Source: Parasynechococcus marenigrum WH 8102
GTDB lineage: Bacteria; Cyanobacteriota; Cyanobacteriia; PCC-6307; Cyanobiaceae
Assembly: GCF_000195975.1 (NCBI RefSeq)
Contig: NC_005070.1
Coordinates: forward strand, 1,530,001-1,562,000
Reading direction: 5' to 3'
DNA length: 32,000 bases
Shown: positions 24,833 through 32,000 of the stretch, piece by piece
Position numbering within the stretch: the stretch's first letter is position 1
Layout of the letters: each line of letters opens with the position of its first letter
Notes under the pieces: generated by a model
The model's database searches: none
Told to the model about the DNA's origin: nothing
The model's input: the letters and a program-made list of their open reading frames with translations, nothing else
Program-made: the position numbers and the translations under genes

Positions 24833-25255
24833 TCAGCCTTCGCTGGATTCGGTCTCACCGTCAGGGGCGTCTTCAGCCTTGGCAGCCTCAGCAGCGGCTG
24901 CGGCTTCCGCTTCCGCGGCTGCCTTGGCTTCAGCAGCTTCCTTGGCGGCCTGCTTGGCCTCTTCCTCGCGCTTGGCAGCCTGCTTGGCTTTACCAACGGT
25001 TTCCGCAGGGCGGATCGTCTTTTCAATCAGGCCACCGCGCTCGAGCAGCGTGCGCACCACATCGGTGGGCTGAGCACCTTGGCCAAGACGCTCACGAATC
25101 GCCTCGGTGTCGAGACGGGTCTCTTTGGTACGAGGGTTGTAGAAGCCAAGCTCCTGGAGCGGACGCCCATCCCGGCGGGAGGTGCTGTTGCAGGCCACGA
25201 GGCGGAAGCTCGCTTCCCGCTTCTTACCGAACCGCTTCAGGCGGAGCTTGATCAT
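24833..25255 (-). CDS. rpsP: 30S ribosomal protein S16 with an Ala/Glu/Lys-rich C-terminal extension
   Basis: The ATG at 25255 opens [41 protein letters not shown]... The tail is [43 protein letters not shown]... Confidence 0.92.
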   Translation of the reverse strand: MIKLRLKRFGKKREASFRLVACNSTSRRDGRPLQELGFYNPRTKETRLDTEAIRERLGQGAQPTDVVRTLLERGGLIEKTIRPAETVGKAKQAAKREEEAKQAAKEAAEAKAAAEAEAAAAAEAAKAEDAPDGETESSEG

Positions 25256-25333
25256 CGTGGCCTTGGTGTGGAGGTTGGAAAGTGATTCAGGCAGTGCCGC
25301 AGCAGCCGCCAAACAACCACCATACCTTCCGGC

Positions 25334-26797
25334 CTAAAGATCTCCGAAACCGCGACGCTTTTTAGCTGGCTTCTGGCGCTTTGGAGAACCGCCGCGACCG
25401 GGGGGCCGCCCACCGCCACCCGGCATACCGCCCATGCCAGGCATTCCTCCCATTCCCGGCATTCCTCCCATGCCAGGCATACCGCCCATTCCCGGCATTC
25501 CACCACGACTCATCTGCTGCATGAAGCCACGCATCTTCTGAAAGTCCGCCAGCACCTTGTCCACATCGGCCGGTTGATGACCACTGCCAGCGGCGATGCG
25601 GCGACGACGGGACGGCTGACCGGCCAGCAGATCGGGGTTTTCCCGTTCCTTCGGTGTCATCGAACCGATCATCGCTTCGATCCGTTTCAACTGCTGCTCC
25701 CCCTGCTTGAGTATCCCGTCGTCGAGCTTGTTCATGCCCGGGATCATCTTCATCAAGCCCCCGAGCGACCCCATCCGCTTGATCAGACGCATCTGCTGCA
25801 CGAAGTCCGAGAAATCGAACGTCGCCTCCTGCAGCTTTTTCTGCATCTTCTCGACATCGGCGAGCTCAACCTCCTTCTGGGCCTTCTCCACCAGCGTCAG
25901 CACATCGCCCATGCCGAGGATGCGGCTGGCCATCCGTTCGGGATGGAAGGGCTGGAGCGCCTCCACCTTCTCGCCGGTGCCGATGAACTTGATCGGCTGA
26001 CCGCTCACCTTGCGGATTGAGAGGGCGGCACCCCCGCGGGAATCACCATCCAGCTTGGTCAGCACCGCACCAGTGATGCCCACCTGATCGTGGAAGGCAC
26101 GGGTGAGCTCAGCAGCCTCCTGGCCGATCATCGAATCCACCACCAGCAGCACCTCGTCGGGCTGCACGGCGGTGCGGATCCGCACCATCTCCTCCATCAT
26201 CTCGGTGTCGATCTGAAGGCGACCGGCGGTGTCCACCAGCAAGGTGTCGAAGCCCTCCTCCTTCGCCTTGGCCAGACCAGCCGCCGCAATCTCCTCCGGC
26301 TTGGCCTCCGTTCCCAGGCTGAACACCTCGACCCCGATCTGACCCCCGAGGGTCTTCAGCTGCTCAATGGCTGCCGGTCGGTAAACGTCGGCACCCACCA
26401 TCAGGGCACGACGCCCCTGATCCTTGAGGTGCAGGCCCAGCTTGGCTGTGGCCGTGGTTTTACCCGCACCCTGCAGACCTGCCATCAACACCACCGTTGG
26501 CGCCTCAGCCGCTTTGGCCAGAGGGGCGTTATCGCCCCCCATGACCTCCACCAGCTGCTCGTGCACCACCTGGATGAACTTCTGATCCGGACTGACACCA
26601 CGCACCACCTCGGCACCGACGGCCTTCTCGCGCACATCGGCAACAAAGTCCTTGACCACCGGAAGGCTTACGTCGGCTTCCAGCAGGGCACGACGCACAT
26701 CTTTCAGCGCGACTTCAACGTTGGTGTCGCTGATCTTGTCCTGGCCTTTCAGCCCTTTGACCGCATCCTCAAACCGGGCTGACAGCTCGTCGAACAT
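25334..26797 (-). CDS. ffh: Signal recognition particle protein Ffh
   Basis: The N and G domains (GLQGAGKTTT, DTAGR, TKLDGD) and the Met-rich M domain are present, followed by a C-terminal (MPGMGG)n tail. Confidence 0.95.
   Translation of the reverse strand: MFDELSARFEDAVKGLKGQDKISDTNVEVALKDVRRALLEADVSLPVVKDFVADVREKAVGAEVVRGVSPDQKFIQVVHEQLVEVMGGDNAPLAKAAEAPTVVLMAGLQGAGKTTATAKLGLHLKDQGRRALMVGADVYRPAAIEQLKTLGGQIGVEVFSLGTEAKPEEIAAAGLAKAKEEGFDTLLVDTAGRLQIDTEMMEEMVRIRTAVQPDEVLLVVDSMIGQEAAELTRAFHDQVGITGAVLTKLDGDSRGGAALSIRKVSGQPIKFIGTGEKVEALQPFHPERMASRILGMGDVLTLVEKAQKEVELADVEKMQKKLQEATFDFSDFVQQMRLIKRMGSLGGLMKMIPGMNKLDDGILKQGEQQLKRIEAMIGSMTPKERENPDLLAGQPSRRRRIAAGSGHQPADVDKVLADFQKMRGFMQQMSRGGMPGMGGMPGMGGMPGMGGMPGMGGMPGGGGRPPGRGGSPKRQKPAKKRRGFGDL
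25418..25504 (-). repeat. In-frame 18-nt tandem repeat encoding (MPGMGG) about 4.5 times at the Ffh C-terminus
   Basis: On the plus strand, catgcc/cattcc...ggcat units recur with Met codons every 9 nt from 25424 to 25498. The peptide is GGMPGMGGMPGMGGMPGMGGMPGMGGMPGGGG. Confidence 0.8.
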
Positions 26798-26855
26798 TGG
26801 GGCGGCTCTGTGGATTCAGTAGCACGATCGTAAAAAGCGATGCTGCGACGAAGAA

Positions 26856-28817
26856 TCAACCTTGTGGGATGTAGGCCGTCAGCTTCCACTGATCACCGTC
26901 ACGACCCAGGATGTAGGTGATCGTGAGGCTGCCCGGCACAGTGCGATCCACAACGGTGCCGGATCGATCGGTGGTGCTGTCGCTGTAAGCCACCTGGGCC
27001 TGCAATTCGATGCGACGCGGCTGGCGACTGACGACGTCGAGGGATGTCACCGAAGCCTTGACAACCGTGGTGGTACCAGCAACGACGGCCTTAGACCGTT
27101 CCCGATCAACCTGATCAATCAAGCGCTGCCGCGCCACCACAGGAAGCTGAGAGGGCTGGCCCTGGAGAGCCTGGGCCTTGCTGTCAAGCCAACCCTGAAC
27201 AAGCATCCGCAATTGAGCGTCATCGGGCGCATCACTCAGCAGAGGTTGCAGCTGAGCTGCGACCTCGGACGCCTCAGGTTGAAGGATCGCCTGCGGTTTC
27301 AGGGTTGCGGAATCCTGGGCGGACGGCTTGGGTTCAACGGCGTCCTGACGATCCGGCTCGGGTTGCAAGACCACCGGAGCCGTCTCCCGGGGACGCAGCA
27401 TCACAGCGGCGGCCAAGGCGGCCACCAGGCCTACCACCAGTGATGCAGCCAACCATCTGAGACGGTTGGACAACCTTTGGTTCGCCGGATCGGACGAAGG
27501 AGCCTCCTCCGCCGGCAAGTGGTCGTCGTCCAACGCCGCTTCATGCGGCGAGCTGGCATCAGCCGACGGCGCAGAGCTCAATCCAGCCCCTGTCACCGTT
27601 GCAGCAGAGCCAAGACGGGCCGACTGGCGATCGATGCGATCGACGTAGGCCTGCACATCACGGTCTGCAAACCAGGCGTCTAAGTCAACGCCGGCGGCAT
27701 CGACATCCCGATAACCAGGAAGTACATCCCGTTCAAGCCAAACCCTGCAGTACTCGCACTGGGCCGCAAGATGGTCGCCGGGATGCTCCGCCAGCCAGCT
27801 CAGGAGCTCCTCGTCACGGATGGCACTGAAGTGCAGCGAGGCCTCCGCAACATTGCCCAGCAACAGATCAAGACAGCCCAGCAGCGGCATCGGATCCAGA
27901 TCGGATGCCACCAACCGCTGCAGCTGTTCGCGGGCCTGCTCGAGGAACTCAGGCTTCCGTCGCGAATAGCCCGCAGCCGCCAGGGCAAACACCGCCAGAC
28001 AACCGGCTTCGATGGAGCCCTCCGCGAACCAACCACGGAAGAGATCGACCTGCTCCTGCACCGTGAGAAAGCGGCGGATCTGCTGGAAAAACGATTCGAA
28101 ATCGGCCTGCCCCATGGCAGCTGGGGTCTCGGAATCCAGACCCTCAGGATCCAAACCGCCCCGATCGCGCACCAGTTGATCCAGCAGGGAGATTCCCTGC
28201 TGGCGGGCGTCGGCATCGGACAGATCCCGGCTCAGCAGATCCAACACCCGATAGGGCAGCAGGTCATCCAGCTCCTGCTGGAGGCGGGCCTGCTGATCCG
28301 GCAACTTGCCCATTCTCTGCTGCAATTCGATGCCGTCCCGCAGCAGTTGTGCAGCGGATTCGTAACGCCGCTGCTGCTGTTCATCCCGGGCCGCGTCGCG
28401 GCAAGCGAGAGCTGCCAGCAGCGTGAGATCTGCTTCACGGCCACTGCCAAGGGCTGGCGCCTGAGGCGGCTGCAGACCCTGACGGGCGAGTTGGAATGCT
28501 TCCAAGGCCGCTCCGGCCTCCCACAGCAGGATCAGACCAGCCACTTCGCTGCTGGCAGCGAGATCGAGGCCGACGGTCTCATTGGGATGGGTCGCGCTCA
28601 ACGACAGCAGCGCTGCCTCGTAGTCAGCCCTTTCACTCGGATCCGTCAGCAGATCAGCTGATCGATGTAACAGCGCCTGCCGCTGCAGTAATCCCTCATG
28701 GGTGAACCCATCGTCCGGCGGACTGTCGCTGCGTGTCTGGAGACGCCGCAGGATGGAGGCTGGATCGGCGGAAGGACTGACACCCAGCAGCCGGAAATGA
28801 TCGATGGGCAGATCCAA
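26856..28817 (-). CDS. ftn2: Cell division protein Ftn2 / ARC6 homologue (J-like domain N-terminus, ARC6-type C-terminal domain)
   Basis: The degenerate J-domain opening is [27 protein letters not shown]. It has a central TM helix ([20 protein letters not shown]) and a C-terminal conserved domain (...[13 protein letters not shown]...[14 protein letters not shown]). Confidence 0.85.
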   Translation of the reverse strand: MDLPIDHFRLLGVSPSADPASILRRLQTRSDSPPDDGFTHEGLLQRQALLHRSADLLTDPSERADYEAALLSLSATHPNETVGLDLAASSEVAGLILLWEAGAALEAFQLARQGLQPPQAPALGSGREADLTLLAALACRDAARDEQQQRRYESAAQLLRDGIELQQRMGKLPDQQARLQQELDDLLPYRVLDLLSRDLSDADARQQGISLLDQLVRDRGGLDPEGLDSETPAAMGQADFESFFQQIRRFLTVQEQVDLFRGWFAEGSIEAGCLAVFALAAAGYSRRKPEFLEQAREQLQRLVASDLDPMPLLGCLDLLLGNVAEASLHFSAIRDEELLSWLAEHPGDHLAAQCEYCRVWLERDVLPGYRDVDAAGVDLDAWFADRDVQAYVDRIDRQSARLGSAATVTGAGLSSAPSADASSPHEAALDDDHLPAEEAPSSDPANQRLSNRLRWLAASLVVGLVAALAAAVMLRPRETAPVVLQPEPDRQDAVEPKPSAQDSATLKPQAILQPEASEVAAQLQPLLSDAPDDAQLRMLVQGWLDSKAQALQGQPSQLPVVARQRLIDQVDRERSKAVVAGTTTVVKASVTSLDVVSRQPRRIELQAQVAYSDSTTDRSGTVVDRTVPGSLTITYILGRDGDQWKLTAYIPQG

Positions 28818-28918
28818 CGTCCACAGGTCCCCAGAGGGGGAACTTTAGTCAGTGTCAGGGATTTTGCCCATCGCACAACGGCTGGCCCTTACAGTCACCC
28901 CCATTGATTAGGACGGTC

Positions 28919-30004
28919 ATGGGTCAGGACCTTGCGGTCGACACCGCCCCCATCGGCAGCGCAGCCGCTGGTCCCCACGCCGAACGCCTGTCAAACCTCG
29001 TCACAGCCAAGCGGGCCACGGTGGACCGGGAGACGGGTCTGGAGCTGTTCCGCGATATGACCCTCGGCCGTCGCTTCGAGGACAAGTGCGCGGAGATGTA
29101 CTACCGCGGCAAGATGTTCGGGTTCGTTCATCTCTACAACGGTCAGGAGGCCGTGAGTACAGGGGTGATCGGCGCCATGAAGCGCCAGCACGATTGGTTC
29201 TGCAGCACCTATCGAGACCACGTGCATGCCCTGAGCGCCGGTGTTCCAGCGCGGGAGGTGATGAGTGAGCTGTTCGGCAAAGAAACAGGATGCAGCAAGG
29301 GGCGGGGTGGTTCCATGCACCTCTTCTCCAAGGAGCACCACCTGCTGGGGGGCTTCGCCTTCATCGCAGAGGGCATCCCCGTTGCTCTGGGGTCAGCCTT
29401 CACCAGCCGCTACAAGCGTGATGCCCTGGGGGACGCCTCCAGCAACGCCGTCACAGCAGCGTTCTTCGGTGATGGCACCTGCAACAACGGCCAATTCTTC
29501 GAGTGCATGAACATGGCGCAGCTATGGAAGCTGCCGATCCTGTTCGTGGTGGAAAACAACAAATGGGCCATCGGCATGGCCCATGACCGTGCCACCAGTG
29601 ATCCGGAGATCTGGCGCAAAGCGGCGTCGTTCGGCATGGCCGGCGAAGAGGTGGACGGCATGGACGTGCTAGCGGTCCGCGCCGCAGCCCAACGAGCCGT
29701 GGAACGGGCGCGCGCCGGGGAAGGTCCCACCCTGCTGGAGTGCCTGACCTATCGATTCCGTGGTCACTCCCTGGCGGACCCCGATGAACTCCGCGCTGAA
29801 CAGGAGAAACAGTTCTGGGCCCAGCGCGACCCGCTCAAGGCTCTTGAGCGCGACCTCTGCGAGGCCAATCTGGTGAGCAGCGACGAACTGCGAAGCATCG
29901 AGAAAGAGATCGATGCCATCGTTCAGGATTGTGTGGAGTTCGCCCTCTCGGCGCCTGAGCCCGATCCAACGGAGCTCACCCGCTACATCTGGGCCGAAGA
30001 CTGA
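28919..30004 (+). CDS. pdhA: Pyruvate dehydrogenase E1 component, alpha subunit
   Basis: The signature reads ...[16 protein letters not shown]... with the TPP-binding motif [36 protein letters not shown] and ...[15 protein letters not shown]... The ATG at 28919 is preferred, and an in-frame TTG lies at 28904. Confidence 0.9.
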   Translation: MGQDLAVDTAPIGSAAAGPHAERLSNLVTAKRATVDRETGLELFRDMTLGRRFEDKCAEMYYRGKMFGFVHLYNGQEAVSTGVIGAMKRQHDWFCSTYRDHVHALSAGVPAREVMSELFGKETGCSKGRGGSMHLFSKEHHLLGGFAFIAEGIPVALGSAFTSRYKRDALGDASSNAVTAAFFGDGTCNNGQFFECMNMAQLWKLPILFVVENNKWAIGMAHDRATSDPEIWRKAASFGMAGEEVDGMDVLAVRAAAQRAVERARAGEGPTLLECLTYRFRGHSLADPDELRAEQEKQFWAQRDPLKALERDLCEANLVSSDELRSIEKEIDAIVQDCVEFALSAPEPDPTELTRYIWAED

Positions 30005-30023
30005 CCCAGATCTGTTTGGCTGC

Positions 30024-30965
30024 TCAGATTCCGCTGGGCAGCCGACGGGTCAGATTGCGCAACTTGCGCAATGCCTTGAGCTCCACCTGACGAACTCGTT
30101 CACGGGAAACGTCCATCAGCCGACCGATTTCAGCCAGGGTGTGACGCTCGTTGCCTTCGAGTCCGAAGCGAAGCTTCAGAACATGCTGCTCCTGCTCGCT
30201 GAGATGACTGAGCCAGCGTCCAAGCTGTTCGTGGTGGATGCGTTGCTCAACGATGTCGAGCGGCTCATCCAGGGAGGAGTCTGCAATCAGGTCACCCAGG
30301 AAACTGCGTCCTTCCTCCCCGTTCACAGGGGCGTCGAGGCTGCTAGTGGTGAGAGCCTGCCTCAGCAGTGAGTCGAGCTCGTCCAAGGGAATGTCCATCG
30401 CTTCTGCGATTTCCACCCGGCTGGGCATCGCGCCAAGCTTGTGAGCCAGATCAAGACTCACCTTGCGAATCGTGGTGAGGCGCTCGCTGAGGTGAACCGG
30501 AAGCCTGATGGTGCGGGACTGACAGGCGATGGCACGGGTCATGCTCTGGCGAATCCACCAGAAGGCGTACGTGGAAAATTTGTATCCGCGGGTGGGGTCA
30601 AACTTCTCAACAGCACGCTCGAGGCCTAAAGATCCTTCCTGGATCAGATCCAACAATTCCAGACCTTTCCCTTGATATTTCTTGGCAACACTCACAACAA
30701 GGCGGAGGTTGGCCTTCATCATCCGTTCCTTCGCCCGTCGACCGATGCGGAGCATCCGCCGCTGCTTCCCCGTCAGCTCGTGGTCTTCGAAGGTTTTGGA
30801 GCCGTCTTCGGTCAGGGTCATCATCGCCTGGACCTGATTGCCCAGTTCGATTTCTTCTGCCGGGGTGAGCAGAGGAATTCTGCCGATCGTGGCCAAATAC
30901 CAACTGACAGGATCGCTACTGCGGCGGCGCTGAGAGTCGGTGGGTTTCTGAGCTGTTGAAACCAT
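30024..30965 (-). CDS. Group 2 sigma-70 family RNA polymerase sigma factor (RpoD-like)
   Basis: Region 1.2 is DPVSWYLATIGRIPLLT, region 2 is DLIQEGSLGLERAVEKFDPTRGYKFSTYAFWWIRQ, and region 4 is TLAEIGRLMDVSRERVRQVELKALRKLR. The ORF is 313 aa. Confidence 0.9.
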   Translation of the reverse strand: MVSTAQKPTDSQRRRSSDPVSWYLATIGRIPLLTPAEEIELGNQVQAMMTLTEDGSKTFEDHELTGKQRRMLRIGRRAKERMMKANLRLVVSVAKKYQGKGLELLDLIQEGSLGLERAVEKFDPTRGYKFSTYAFWWIRQSMTRAIACQSRTIRLPVHLSERLTTIRKVSLDLAHKLGAMPSRVEIAEAMDIPLDELDSLLRQALTTSSLDAPVNGEEGRSFLGDLIADSSLDEPLDIVEQRIHHEQLGRWLSHLSEQEQHVLKLRFGLEGNERHTLAEIGRLMDVSRERVRQVELKALRKLRNLTRRLPSGI

Positions 30966-30972
30966 TGCGTGT

Positions 30973-30977
30973 CCTCC
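30973..30977 (-). promoter_or_regulatory. Shine-Dalgarno-like GGAGG, 7 nt upstream of the sigma factor ATG
   Basis: The plus-strand cctcc at 30973-30977 reads GGAGG on the minus strand. The ATG occupies 30965-30963. Confidence 0.5.
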
Positions 30978-31289
30978 GCCGTGGTGACAAAACTTTCTTA
31001 TGAAGATCCAAAAAACAGAAGTGTTTTCAGCAACCTTTCAGATTTGTGCGAGCAAATCGAAACACTTCAAGATTTCCTCGTATTTGATTCGAAACGCTCG
31101 ATTTGGACTATTGCCCCTAAACAATTTTTCGTGTCGAAAGCGTCATAAACCAAAATTGCCTTCAACACAATTGTCCCGAAAACGTCACATCAATTCTGCG
31201 GTTCAGCTGGAACTTGGGTGATCGGCTCGACCAAACCCAATCGACACCGCTTCACGACCCCACACACTGGAGGAAGGTCAATACCGTCG

Positions 31290-32000
31290 ATGAGCAGCGC
31301 CACCAGCTCAACTGATCGCCTCCCCACCGCAGCAGGAGATGCAGCATTGCAGCGGCTGAGGACTTGGCCGGGCGAGCACCGCGTCGCCGTTGGTCTCTCC
31401 GGTGGAGTGGACAGTTCCCTGACCGCAGCACTGTTGGTCGAAGCGGGCTGGGAGGTTGAGGGCCTCACCCTTTGGTTGATGAGTGGTAAGGGCGCCTGTT
31501 GCGCCGAAGGTCTCGTGGATGCAGCCGGAATCTGCGAACAGCTCGGCATCCCCCATCACGTGGTGGACACCCGGGACACCTTTCAACGGGAAATCGTGCA
31601 GCGGCTAGTGGACGGCTACCGCGAAGGCATTACGCCCTTGCCCTGCTCTCAGTGCAACCGTTCGGTGAAGTTTGGGCCGATGCTCGACTGGGCCGCCGAG
31701 GAACGGGGGCTGCCCCGGATTGCCACAGGCCATTACGCCAGGATCCGCCATGGCGGTGAGCAAGGCCGGCATCAGTTGTTGCGAGGGCTCGACAGTCGCA
31801 AGGACCAGAGCTATTTCCTCTACGACCTGCCCCAGGAGGTGCTGGGAAGGATAGTGTTCCCCCTCGGCGAACTCACCAAAGCCGACACCAGAGGGGAAGC
31901 AGCCCGGCACGGCCTGCGCACCGCAGAAAAACCGGAAAGCCAGGATCTCTGCCTTGCGGATCACCATGGCTCCATGCGGGCGTTTCTCGACGCCTATCTG
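31290..32000 (+). CDS. mnmA: tRNA 2-thiouridine(34) synthase MnmA, N-terminal 237 codons; the ORF continues past the window end
   Basis: I translated this by hand from ATG 31290. The PP-loop is [10 protein letters not shown], followed by ...[14 protein letters not shown]...ATGHYAR...KDQSYFLY... No stop occurs before 32000. It is absent from the ORF track because it is open-ended. Confidence 0.92.
   Translation, partial: MSSATSSTDRLPTAAGDAALQRLRTWPGEHRVAVGLSGGVDSSLTAALLVEAGWEVEGLTLWLMSGKGACCAEGLVDAAGICEQLGIPHHVVDTRDTFQREIVQRLVDGYREGITPLPCSQCNRSVKFGPMLDWAAEERGLPRIATGHYARIRHGGEQGRHQLLRGLDSRKDQSYFLYDLPQEVLGRIVFPLGELTKADTRGEAARHGLRTAEKPESQDLCLADHHGSMRAFLDAYL

Noticed and set aside
24681-25251. 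Plus-strand Ala-rich ORFs (24681-25073 and 24736-25251).
   Set aside because: They are the antisense image of the Ala/Glu/Lys-rich tail and body of rpsP, so they are low-complexity shadow ORFs.

Overview
This window looks like a core-chromosome segment of a high-GC marine picocyanobacterium. The Synechococcus-like assignment is an inference from protein content: Ftn2/ARC6, a CpcS-type bilin lyase, and cyanobacteria-specific DUF-type proteins. It holds about 40 tightly packed genes. Most are housekeeping: ribD, cobL, nadK, pheS, surE, ribF, thiE, thiS, trmD, ispF, era, phoH, rpsP, ffh, pdhA, a group-2 sigma factor and mnmA. Many neighbouring genes are joined by ATGA, TGATG or GTGA stop-start overlaps. 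I found no CRISPR array, transposase, integrase, phage gene, tRNA/rRNA gene or recognisable defence or toxin system, so I do not claim a new multi-gene system. Six things stand out. (1) A roughly 1.6 kb AT-rich, ORF-poor islet (about 990-2560) lies between a K+ channel gene and ribD. All five of its large ORFs sit in one frame and strand, separated by in-frame stops, and it also carries stable hairpins. (2) There are three reading-frame anomalies: a K+ channel split between S5 and the pore, an AraC regulator split between its N-terminal domain and HTH domain, and trmD running in frame into ispF as one 399-codon ORF. (3) An OmpR-type regulator with a degenerate receiver domain is translationally coupled to nadK and a DUF192 gene. 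(4) A 30-codon hydrophobic micro-ORF lies between ribF and thiE. (5) Two candidate ATGA-coupled small genes lie upstream of a GH116 glycosidase. (6) Ffh and ribosomal protein S16 have low-complexity C-terminal tails. All functional calls come from reading the translated ORFs against remembered family hallmarks. No database search was run.
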